This document shows, one piece after another, positions 52,093 through 60,674 of a stretch of DNA of 64,000 nucleotides (position 1 is the first letter of the stretch; every line of letters starts with the position of its first letter). The stretch lies in assembly GCA_035559535.1 (NCBI GenBank), contig DATMBG010000051.1, positions 124,001 through 188,000 on the forward strand, written 5' to 3'. The DNA is from Candidatus Limnocylindrales bacterium. Its GTDB lineage: Bacteria; Moduliflexota; Moduliflexia; Moduliflexales; JAUQPW01. The translations under genes and the position numbers were made by a program. The notes below the pieces were generated by a model that worked only from the letters and a program-made list of their open reading frames with translations, was not told where the DNA came from and did not search any database.

Positions 52093-53234
52093 AAATCGGG
52101 ATCGATGCCAGAACCTTATTCAAACCGTCTGGGGGCGTAGGAACCTATCTGAAAAATTTATTGGAAGGCTTAAGTGTCCTGGATCCTGACAATCAGTACG
52201 TCCTTTTTTTTGACGAACAGCCCCTGGTAAGGGGGCACGGCCGTGCGCCCTTACTTGATTTCTTGAAAAAACCGAACTTCACGATCCGAACGCTGCGTCT
52301 GCCCTTAGGGCAGAACCTGACGACCTGGAACAACCTCCGACTCCCCTTGGAATTAAGGTTCCATCCGGTTGATATATTCCACTTTCCTTTTTATACGGTT
52401 CCTCTGCTGAAATCAGGCAAATGGGTGGTCAGTATCCATGATATTACCTATAAAATCCATCCGGAGTGGTTTGATTGGAAAGGATGGTTGACCTTTCGGC
52501 CTTTTTCTTATTGGGCCGTAAAAACGGCCGAATGTATCCTGACCTGCTCTTATGCCTCGAAAGAAGATATCCTTCGTTATTACAAAGTTCCAGAACAAAG
52601 GGTGGTTGTCACCTATTACGGGGTCTCCAAAGATTTCCAACCCCTCGATAACCCGGATAAGCTGGCTCAAATCCAGGATAAGTACAACCTTCGCCGTCCT
52701 TTGATCCTCTATGTGGGATCCCTTACCCTACGAAAAAATTTAGTTCGGCTTATCCGGGCGTTTCATCAAATCATTACGGAGAAAAAAACCGAAGCCTATC
52801 TTCTCCTGGTCGGACGGCCTTTATCTCCTTATCCCGATTTACCTTCCCTGGTAAAAGAACTAGGTCTTGAACCCAGGATTTCTTTTTTATCTGAACCTGT
52901 CTCCCAGGAAGTTTTATGCCTTCTTTACAATTTAGCCGATCTTTTTGTATATCCCTCCCTGTATGAAGGTTTTGGTTTACCGCCGTTAGAAGCTATGGCT
53001 TGCGGAACTCCGGTTGTTACCTCTAATATATCTTCTTTACCTGAAATAGTTGGGGATGCTGCCATTTTGATAAACCCCTATAACCCCGGGGAAATAGCCG
53101 AAGCTCTTTTTGAAGGTCTTACCAATGGGGTACTCAGAAAAGAGCTGGTTCAAAGGGGACGAGAAAGGGTCCAACAATTCTCCTGGAAGAAAACGGCCCA
53201 GGAAACCCTTCAGGTTTATCAGAGTCTCAAGTAG
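52089..53234 (+). CDS. Glycosyltransferase family 4
   Basis: [36 protein letters not shown]; contains an in-frame REP. Confidence 0.95.
   Translation: MKIGIDARTLFKPSGGVGTYLKNLLEGLSVLDPDNQYVLFFDEQPLVRGHGRAPLLDFLKKPNFTIRTLRLPLGQNLTTWNNLRLPLELRFHPVDIFHFPFYTVPLLKSGKWVVSIHDITYKIHPEWFDWKGWLTFRPFSYWAVKTAECILTCSYASKEDILRYYKVPEQRVVVTYYGVSKDFQPLDNPDKLAQIQDKYNLRRPLILYVGSLTLRKNLVRLIRAFHQIITEKKTEAYLLLVGRPLSPYPDLPSLVKELGLEPRISFLSEPVSQEVLCLLYNLADLFVYPSLYEGFGLPPLEAMACGTPVVTSNISSLPEIVGDAAILINPYNPGEIAEALFEGLTNGVLRKELVQRGRERVQQFSWKKTAQETLQVYQSLK
52227..52254. repeat. REP-like palindrome inside a coding sequence
   Basis: GTAAGGGGGCACGGCCGTGCGCCCTTAC, translated VRGHGRAPL. Confidence 0.85.
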
Positions 53235-53260
53235 GGGTGCACGGCCGTGCACCCCTCTAC
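53231..53260. repeat. REP-like palindrome overlapping a stop codon
   Basis: GTAGGGGTGCACGGCCGTGCACCCCTCTAC; its TAG is the GT4 stop. Confidence 0.85.
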
Positions 53261-53285
53261 CTAAAAAGCATTTTAGACCTTTCTT

Positions 53286-54317
53286 ATGCGGGTTTCGGTA
53301 GTCGTTGTAAATTGGAATGGAGCAAGATTTTTGAAGAACTGTCTGGATTCGATCTTGATCCAATCCTATACAGATCTCGACATCTTGATTATTGACAATG
53401 CTTCGGAGGACCATTCGGTTCAGATAATTCGAGAAGGTTATCCCCAACTTCGACTTATAGAGAACCCCGAAAACAGAGGGTATTGTCAGGGATGCAATCA
53501 AGGAATCAATTCCTCTTCCGGGAGTTATGTTTTGATTTTGAACCCCGATACCATTCTGACTCCTGATTTTATTAAAAACCTGGTCAGCGCGATTGAACGG
53601 GATCCTCGGATCGGGATGGTGTCGGGAAAACTTCTCCGGTTTGATCAAACTACCCTGGATACCACCGGTCAATTCCTCCGATGGAACCTGACTCCCCTGG
53701 AGCGAGGTTATGGAGAGAAGGATATCGGACAATTTGATACGCCCGGGTACTGTTTTTCCACTTGCGGCGCCGCGGCTTTCTACCGCCGGGCGATGCTGGA
53801 AGATATTAAAATTAAAGGCGAGTATTTTGATGGTTCTTTCTTCACCTATTATGAGGATCTGGATTTAGGTTGGCGGGCCCAGTTGTTCGGCTGGAAATGT
53901 TATTATACGCCCCGGGCCCTTGCCTTTCACTACCGGGGTGGTGGCCTCAGCGGTCAATTACCTGTTACCCATTACCCCTCGCCCAAAGTAGCAGATAAAA
54001 ACCCCCGGATCAAGAGCCTTCTTCCCCAATTCAGCTTTTTTAATAAACCTTCCTCCCTTCAAAGACACATTCTCAAGAACAGATATCTGACCCTCCTCAA
54101 GAACCTGGGAGTTAAGGACTTTTTTCTGATTTTTCCCTCCCTTTTTCTCTTCGACCCGTTTATCTGGATCTATGTGGGTTTAATCCAACCTAAATTACTT
54201 CGGATCCTACCGGATTTGCTACCTCTTCTTCCTGAAACCTGGGAAAAACGGAGGATCATCCAATCCCGACGTGTGGTTTCTGCTTCTTATATACGATCCT
54301 TCCTACGCTTTCATTAA
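53286..54317 (+). CDS. Glycosyltransferase family 2
   Basis: VVVVNWNG, IDNASED, N.GY..G.NQG, ILNPD, YEDLDLGWR. Confidence 0.93.
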   Translation: MRVSVVVVNWNGARFLKNCLDSILIQSYTDLDILIIDNASEDHSVQIIREGYPQLRLIENPENRGYCQGCNQGINSSSGSYVLILNPDTILTPDFIKNLVSAIERDPRIGMVSGKLLRFDQTTLDTTGQFLRWNLTPLERGYGEKDIGQFDTPGYCFSTCGAAAFYRRAMLEDIKIKGEYFDGSFFTYYEDLDLGWRAQLFGWKCYYTPRALAFHYRGGGLSGQLPVTHYPSPKVADKNPRIKSLLPQFSFFNKPSSLQRHILKNRYLTLLKNLGVKDFFLIFPSLFLFDPFIWIYVGLIQPKLLRILPDLLPLLPETWEKRRIIQSRRVVSASYIRSFLRFH

Positions 54318-54451
54318 ATTATTGCCTGATTACAAGAAGATAATCTTGTAGCTCCCCTTAAGCAGGGTAAGAGGGGCGTGGACCTTACCGTTTGGGCGAT
54401 GTTTCAATGTGGGAATGGTATTTGTTCTGATCCGTTTCCATCTCGGCAGAA

Positions 54452-54479
54452 GTAGGGGTGCACGGCCGTGCACCCCTAC
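54452..54479. repeat. REP-like perfect 28-bp palindrome
   Basis: GTAGGGGTGCACGGCCGTGCACCCCTAC. Confidence 0.85.
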
Positions 54480-54785
54480 AAGGACGTCACTTTTGATATT
54501 TCTATATTTAAATAATTTTAAAAATAATGAAAGAAATTGGTTGACAATCTATTTCCTCCATGGGAGACTCTTGAGGTGAAAATCGTATCCTTTAAAATGA
54601 GGGAGTGGAAGAGGGAGCGGAGAAAGGTAAGGTGTAAAAAGGATTGAATAGGGCTCTAAAGATCTCAATATCATATCTCGTTATCAAGTTTCAAGCATTT
54701 ATCACCACCTTTTCTGGCAAAAGGAGCTGGTTGCAAATTCAGCCATAAGAGCCGATGGCTAAAGTGGTAACCAGCCCTCTGTAAC

Positions 54786-56117
54786 ATGTTATATCAACCA
54801 CGGCATAAAGAAGCCTTATGGCAAGCTGCCGAAAAGGCTGGAATAAGCCGGAGGTGGTTTCTGCATTTGCTGAGCCTGGGTGGGACGAGTGCGGTCCTAA
54901 CCGCTATAAGGTTATCCAGCAAATCGTTGTTGGGATTGTCTCCGGTTTATGCAGCAGGTCCAGAGGAGAACTTTGCCAAACCCACAAAGTCCTATCATAT
55001 TTATCCCTTTGCGGTTGAAGCAGGTACCAGGTGGTGGGATGTCAAAACGTATATCACACCGTGGGAACGGGTTTTTATTCGTAACCGTTACAAAACACCG
55101 CTCCTTGACAAGGCAAAGTGGACACTCAAAATCCATGGCGATGCAGTGGAAAAACCACTGACGCTGACCTACGATGAACTTCTCAAGCTACCAAGTCGTT
55201 CAGAGATTCGTGTACATGAATGCTTCGGTAATGGTCGTACCCTTAATTGGGAGCAACTGGGTCATGAAGTCAGGGGTGGCAACTGGGGATTCTCAGATGT
55301 TGGTCAGGTGGAATGGACCTATGTTCCCATGGCTGAAATTCTAGACCGTGCCAGGGTCAAGACAGATGCGAAAAACTTACTCTTTTGGAGTGGAGTAGAT
55401 GGTCCTGATACGGGGCGTCCCATGCCGATGTCAGAGATTTTTAGTCGTCCGGAGGAGATTGGGCTCGCCTTTGGCATGAACGGCATAGATTTACCCCCAG
55501 ACCATGGAGGACCCGTACGGGCGGTGGTGCCCGGCTGGGGTGGTGCGGCTAGTGTCAAGTGGTTGACAGAAATCATTATCTCTTCAACCAAAGGTTTCTG
55601 GACCCGCATGCACACCAAAGAAGAAGCTTATATAGGACCTGATTACCCTCCTGAAAAGCCCGGTCCCACTGATGAATTCCGTGGTGTTACTGCTCAAGAC
55701 ATTCGTGGTCAGACGGGTACCTGGCTCAAGGTCAAGAGCCACCTGACTATCCCCTATACCATGAAAAACTCAGAACCACCAGAAGGCTATCCACTCAAAC
55801 AGGGGGAACCCTATACCATGCCTGCAGGCAAGTATACCATGTTGGGCTATGCCTATTCACCCCACGGTATTCAAAAAGTGGAATACAGCCTTGATGGAGG
55901 TAAAACGTGGAAAGAGGCTCCTATTAAAGACCCCCTTGGACTTAAATACCGCTGGGTACGCTTTGAGTTTCCGTGGGAAGCGACCCGTGGCACCCATATC
56001 TTAGCAACCAGAGCTACAGATAAACGGGGTGAAGTCCAGCCGGATACCGTGCCCTTCAATGAACTGGGTATCAACTGTAATGCCGTACCGAAGTTTGAGG
56101 TGAATGTGACGTCGTAG
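54786..56117 (+). CDS. Tat-exported sulfite oxidase family molybdopterin enzyme (SorA/SoxC-like)
   Basis: SRRWFL Tat motif, HECFGNGR Mo-ligand Cys, DHGGPVRAVVPGWGGAASVKWL, VEYSLDGGKTW dimerisation domain, RATD..G..QP. Confidence 0.9.
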   Translation: MLYQPRHKEALWQAAEKAGISRRWFLHLLSLGGTSAVLTAIRLSSKSLLGLSPVYAAGPEENFAKPTKSYHIYPFAVEAGTRWWDVKTYITPWERVFIRNRYKTPLLDKAKWTLKIHGDAVEKPLTLTYDELLKLPSRSEIRVHECFGNGRTLNWEQLGHEVRGGNWGFSDVGQVEWTYVPMAEILDRARVKTDAKNLLFWSGVDGPDTGRPMPMSEIFSRPEEIGLAFGMNGIDLPPDHGGPVRAVVPGWGGAASVKWLTEIIISSTKGFWTRMHTKEEAYIGPDYPPEKPGPTDEFRGVTAQDIRGQTGTWLKVKSHLTIPYTMKNSEPPEGYPLKQGEPYTMPAGKYTMLGYAYSPHGIQKVEYSLDGGKTWKEAPIKDPLGLKYRWVRFEFPWEATRGTHILATRATDKRGEVQPDTVPFNELGINCNAVPKFEVNVTS

Positions 56118-56188
56118 GACTAGCCTATGGAAGAAGGTCTCGATTACAAAGGACCTTCTTCCTCTCCAGGTTCTTTTATATTTAGATC

Positions 56189-56641
56189 ATGGGCCATGGA
56201 TTTACAATAACAATGAAAGTCGCCGTTGTGTGGGGTTTATATCTGATCTTCGGGGGAGTGGTCCTGGCCACACAATCTCCTTTAACACAGAATACTCCAT
56301 CACCCGGTTCGGTTGTGGAATCAGCACAACTTGCCAAAGGTAGAGAGCTATTCAAGGAGAAGTGCGCACGCTGTCACGGTCCACAGGGTCAGGGCACTCG
56401 GATTGCACCCGCACTTGTTCGCACACCACATCCCCTGGGAGGCTATAAAACGGCTGCAGGTCTGTTCACTTATGTGAGCAAAGCCATGCCCTTTGATGCA
56501 CCGGGAAGTCTCAAAGAGGAGGAGTATTGGGCGGTAGTTGCCTTTCTGGCCGATGCCAATCGGCTATTACCTGACAAGAAGGTGACCCTGGGTCCGGCAA
56601 ACGCTGAGTCGATCCGCCTCGACGTATATCCCGCTCCATGA
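56189..56641 (+). CDS. Monoheme cytochrome c (SorB/SoxD-like partner)
   Basis: N-terminal hydrophobic segment, CARCH heme motif, AMPFDAPGSL axial Met. Confidence 0.9.
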   Translation: MGHGFTITMKVAVVWGLYLIFGGVVLATQSPLTQNTPSPGSVVESAQLAKGRELFKEKCARCHGPQGQGTRIAPALVRTPHPLGGYKTAAGLFTYVSKAMPFDAPGSLKEEEYWAVVAFLADANRLLPDKKVTLGPANAESIRLDVYPAP

Positions 56642-56646
56642 TAAAC

Positions 56647-56670
56647 GGGCGGAAGGCCTTCCGCCCCTAC
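56647..56670. repeat. REP-like palindrome between convergent genes
   Basis: GGGCGGAAGGCCTTCCGCCCCTAC (reads GTAGGGGCGG... on the minus strand). Confidence 0.65.
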
Positions 56671-56673
56671 AGT

Positions 56674-57090
56674 TTAACAATCCTCGTCTTTTACCTCGTC
56701 TAGAAGCGCCTCTACCCGTGTGCGGATTTGATCACGTATCTCCCGAACTTTTTCTATGGGCTGACCGGCCGGGTCCTCTAAACCCCAATCCTCCGTGAGG
56801 TAAATGCCCGCCGGGCAGACACTTGCATCTACCCCACAACCCATGGTAATCATCCTTGCAGCACCTGTAACCATCTGAGGCGTAAGCTGCCGGGGTCTCT
56901 GTCCTTCCAAGGAAATACCTATTTCCGTCATAACCTGCTTGATTATGGGGTTAATCTCCTTTCCTGCCATGGTCCCTGCAGAAAGCGCACGGATTTTAAG
57001 CCCCCGCGCTTTGGCAAAGTAATTGAAAAATGCTTCGGCCATCTGCGATCGACCGGCGTTGTGTACACATACAAAAAGGATGGTTTTCAT
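56674..57090 (-). CDS. arsC: Arsenate reductase, LMW-PTP family
   Basis: CVHNAGRSQMAE P-loop, MGCG...CP, DWGLEDP; in ars operon. Confidence 0.92.
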   Translation of the reverse strand: MKTILFVCVHNAGRSQMAEAFFNYFAKARGLKIRALSAGTMAGKEINPIIKQVMTEIGISLEGQRPRQLTPQMVTGAARMITMGCGVDASVCPAGIYLTEDWGLEDPAGQPIEKVREIRDQIRTRVEALLDEVKDEDC

Positions 57091-57920
57091 CTTCTTGCCC
57101 CGGTGACCGGTTTAGAAGCCCGTATAAAAGCACTCATAAGAACTCCCTCGAGTTCTGCCTCCACACTTCCACTGCAACAGGAAGAAACGATCTCTGTAAC
57201 ATCCTCTTGGGTATAGATCCGGGTTGGAGTAACCGTTATATCCATAAAACCTGCAGCGGTAAGCTTCATCCGATATTCTTCTTCAGAAAGCGCACCGGCC
57301 ACACAACCGGCCCAAAGCTCGAGGTTTCTTCGAAGAGCCTCGGATACCGGTTTACGAAACACCACATCGGATACTGCCAATCGACCTCCCGGTCGTAATA
57401 CTCGAAAAGCCTCTCTGAACACCTGGTCTTTATCCGGTGAGAGGTTAATAACACAGTTGGAAATGATGACGTCGATGGAATTATCCGGCAAAGGGATATT
57501 CTCGATCGTACCTTTGAGAAACTCTACGTTTTCAACACCTGCCTTTTTCTGGTTCTCTCGGGCAAGTGCCAGCATCTCGTCGGTCATATCCAGGCCGTAA
57601 GCTTTACCGGTCGGACCGACGCGTCGGGCTGAGAGAAGTACATCTATACCACCTCCCGAACCCAGATCCAACACCGTTTCACCGGGTTTAAGTTCAATAA
57701 GAGCCGTCGGGTTTCCACACCCCAGAGAAGCTAAAACCGCCTCTTCAGGAAGCCCTGCCGCTTCATTAACTGTATACAGATCACGGGTAATAGGATCATC
57801 TTCCCTGGTTCCTGATCCGCAGCAACCCGAACTGCCCTGTACTATCTGCCGGGCAAGGGTCGCATACTTCTCCCGGATATACTCTCTTACCTCATCTTTC
57901 CGGTTGTTAACCGCATTCAT
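57087..57920 (-). CDS. arsM: Arsenite S-adenosylmethionine methyltransferase
   Basis: GCC N-terminus, [37 protein letters not shown] 57920 after SD AGGAGG. Confidence 0.95.
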   Translation of the reverse strand: MNAVNNRKDEVREYIREKYATLARQIVQGSSGCCGSGTREDDPITRDLYTVNEAAGLPEEAVLASLGCGNPTALIELKPGETVLDLGSGGGIDVLLSARRVGPTGKAYGLDMTDEMLALARENQKKAGVENVEFLKGTIENIPLPDNSIDVIISNCVINLSPDKDQVFREAFRVLRPGGRLAVSDVVFRKPVSEALRRNLELWAGCVAGALSEEEYRMKLTAAGFMDITVTPTRIYTQEDVTEIVSSCCSGSVEAELEGVLMSAFIRASKPVTGARR

Positions 57921-58281
57921 GGTTTCTACCTCCTTTTTCTTGTTCCTCCAAATAGCGGGCAAGTAAAGCAACGGCTTCCTGATTAATCCGACAAATCATG
58001 TTTTTACCGCGTCGCTTCATGGTAATTAAACCCGCCTGGCGAAGTTCCTTTAGATGAAAGGAAATCCTGGAGGTAATTTGATTTGCTCCGGTAATCTGGC
58101 AGCAAACCTCTCCGGCCGTTGGTCCCTCCAGGGGCCTTACATCCCCCTTCTCATCTATGGCTAAAAGAGACGAAGGGGGGCAACGACGTAGGAACTCAAA
58201 GATTCTCAATCGTGTTGGATCGCCAAGTGCCTTAAACATCCCGGCGATCTTTATAATTCGATCTTCGGTTATGGGGTTCAT
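57907..58281 (-). CDS. arsR: ArsR/SmtB family repressor
   Basis: [31 protein letters not shown]-terminal HECG. Confidence 0.92.
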   Translation of the reverse strand: MNPITEDRIIKIAGMFKALGDPTRLRIFEFLRRCPPSSLLAIDEKGDVRPLEGPTAGEVCCQITGANQITSRISFHLKELRQAGLITMKRRGKNMICRINQEAVALLARYLEEQEKGGRNHECG

Positions 58282-58282
58282 A

Positions 58283-58337
58283 TTATTTAAATATTTCTAG
58301 ATTTATTTAAATAAAGACTCCTTTTATCTCCTGTCAA
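58283..58337 (-). promoter_or_regulatory. ars promoter/operator
   Basis: Inverted repeat TTATTTAAATA...TATTTAAATAA directly upstream of arsR ATG; TTGACA at 58337-58332. Confidence 0.6.
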
Positions 58338-58579
58338 GATCCATAAAGAAAAATAAGAAAAAATATCGGATAGGTCATCTATAATTTCAAATTGATAAGC
58401 TTAAAAAAGAGGTGGGACAGAAAGGGGCCTCAGGAGTTGGAAGCTCTAAAAGGAAAATAGTACCCCTATCCTTTCCATTACCGGTATAACCTTATCCCTT
58501 GTAACCCTGGAAGGAATAGGAGAAACGGTAAGGAATCCTGGATTTTACACGGACCCTTATCCCTACCCTTAGGGATTCT

Positions 58580-59782
58580 TTAGCGTCTTCCCCGTACCGG
58601 AGAGTAGTTGGTATAAGCAGTCAGAAAGTTATACCAACGGGGATAATCTCGGGTAAAATCCAGCCTGTCATAATTGGGCGCAAAAGTCTTCTTATTTCGT
58701 GGAAAGTAGATGGATACGCCATAGGCATAAGGGAGATCGCTACTTCTGAAATTGTGAAGGACAAATCCATTCCCGGCGTCATTGGAGATAACCCGCCTAA
58801 CCTTCTCGGCGGCACTTTTAATAGACGCTTTCTCCACAGAGCCCATGATGAGACTTGCTAAATCGTACAGATCTACGTAGTTATCGTTGGTAAAGTACTG
58901 AACTTGATTTCGAATTGTAGAGAGAAGATCGCAAATGGCCGGAATCTCTGGAGTCAGAGCCTTTCCCAATTCGTCTACGGCAGCTACCACCTGCTTAATT
59001 TTGCTGATGTCCAGGGCGGATTGGGTTACATTTCGGTTGTTGGGATAGCTTTCTGCATAACACTGGACAATAGCCCGGGCCAGATCTGGGGGAGAAATAT
59101 TGGGATCGGTAAATAAAGTTTCAAAGATTTTGTTATAGGCCCAACCTGCTCCCGGCTCTGTTTCCTCAGAGCCTACAATAAAATTGACACAATCCTTGAT
59201 TTCATAGGCCACTTCCAGCATATTCATCAAGCAGGCATTGAACCCTACGACATCTATTTTGCGATTCGGAACAGTAAGGGCCTTTTTAAGCTCCAGATTA
59301 TCCAAATAATCCCGTGCCGTAACATCCACGGCAATATATCGTTTATGTTGTGGGTCTGTGGTCACTTTTTTAACCGTACTTAAAAAGATCGATTTTCGTA
59401 CTTTTCTTCGGTGATCTACGGGCGTTCCCCGAAGAGAGTCATAATCAAATCCTTCGGGAAGATCTTCCCAACCTCCGCCATGATTCCAGACATCTACCAG
59501 ATAATGCTCTGCCGGATACTTTTGCATGGCCCAGGTTATAAAATCCTGCAGTACAGCGGGATCTCCGGTATTTGTTTCCGAGAGGACTTGAACACATCGG
59601 GCATTATTCTTTTCAATGAGATATCTCTTGACGGTCTGCTCTTTTAAGTTATCGAATTGGACCAGGACTTTAACCTGAGTGTTCGATCCAAACATTTTCA
59701 TTTCATCGATATCATGGTAACCCGATCCTTCCAGGTCATTGTCCCCTGCTATGAAAACCAGAAAAGTCCACTTGGCTGCCAT
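58580..59782 (-). CDS. Clostripain-like peptidase C11
   Basis: KWTFLVFIAGDNDL, NTGDP..L, WNHGGGW (His), FNACLM (Cys), SEETEPG.GW, GVSIYFP. Confidence 0.9.
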   Translation of the reverse strand: MAAKWTFLVFIAGDNDLEGSGYHDIDEMKMFGSNTQVKVLVQFDNLKEQTVKRYLIEKNNARCVQVLSETNTGDPAVLQDFITWAMQKYPAEHYLVDVWNHGGGWEDLPEGFDYDSLRGTPVDHRRKVRKSIFLSTVKKVTTDPQHKRYIAVDVTARDYLDNLELKKALTVPNRKIDVVGFNACLMNMLEVAYEIKDCVNFIVGSEETEPGAGWAYNKIFETLFTDPNISPPDLARAIVQCYAESYPNNRNVTQSALDISKIKQVVAAVDELGKALTPEIPAICDLLSTIRNQVQYFTNDNYVDLYDLASLIMGSVEKASIKSAAEKVRRVISNDAGNGFVLHNFRSSDLPYAYGVSIYFPRNKKTFAPNYDRLDFTRDYPRWYNFLTAYTNYSPVRGRR

Positions 59783-59905
59783 GGTGTTTTCCTCCTGTTT
59801 TTAAGCTAAAATTAAGTTGCGCAAATTTTGAGCTTTGCCTAAAATATTCTAGGTAATCGAACCATGTCAAGAAAAATCAACCCTCATCAGGAGAGATAGG
59901 CGACC

Positions 59906-60595
59906 ATGAGCAGGCTTGTTCTTTTTGATATTGACGGAACCCTTATTGGATCTGGAGGTGCCGGTGCCAGATCCATTGTTCGGGCCTTTCAACAGTTATA
60001 TGGAATTGAAAATGCCATGGAAGGGGTAGACCCCAACGGTAATACGGATCCCCGGATCTTCCGGGAAGCCCTGGAGAAGAACTCACCGATTCCCCGCGAC
60101 TTTAAGCAGGAATATCCCCGCATTCTGCAGAAGTATTTAGAGTGTTTGGAAGAAGAAGTTCGGAAGGTTCATACGGCCCATGTTAAGCCCGGAATCCTGG
60201 AACTTTTGGAAGCCTTATCCACGGTACGTGGGGTATTTTTAGGACTGGCCACCGGGAATGTTGAACGGGGGGCCCGGATCAAGCTTCAGGTTCATAATTT
60301 AAACCGCTTTTTCCCGGTGGGTGGTTTTGGAGATGATTCCGAGATCCGGAGAAATCTTACCCGAATAGCCGTGGAAAAAGCAGAAAAACTCTACGGACAA
60401 ACCTTCAAAGGCCGAGACATTTTTGTCATCGGAGACACTCCCCGGGATATTGATTGTGGAAGGGCTCTGGAAGGGGTCTGTATAGCGGTGGCAACGGGCT
60501 CTATCTCCCGGGATGAGCTGTTAGCCTGTAACCCGGATCATTGTTTTGAAGACCTGAGGGAATACCAGGCCCTCCTTGACTTGATTTTAGGTTAG
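59906..60595 (+). CDS. HAD family hydrolase
   Basis: LFDIDGTL, LATGN, IGDTPRD. Confidence 0.92.
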   Translation: MSRLVLFDIDGTLIGSGGAGARSIVRAFQQLYGIENAMEGVDPNGNTDPRIFREALEKNSPIPRDFKQEYPRILQKYLECLEEEVRKVHTAHVKPGILELLEALSTVRGVFLGLATGNVERGARIKLQVHNLNRFFPVGGFGDDSEIRRNLTRIAVEKAEKLYGQTFKGRDIFVIGDTPRDIDCGRALEGVCIAVATGSISRDELLACNPDHCFEDLREYQALLDLILG

Positions 60596-60674
60596 TAGGT
60601 TTAGATATCCGCTGCCTGTTGTCCCCTGTAGAAGCAAAGAAAACAGGGAACAATAGACAACGGCCAACAGACCG

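Noticed and set aside
53037..53732. 231-aa antisense ORF and similar shadow ORFs (27345-27884, 27862-28407, 50350-50874, 40515-40970)
   Set aside because: They lie opposite well-supported genes and show no motifs
54690..54730. Moco riboswitch before the molybdoenzyme
   Set aside because: CCTTTCTGGCAAAAGGAG only loosely resembles its 3' end; the upstream stems are not evident
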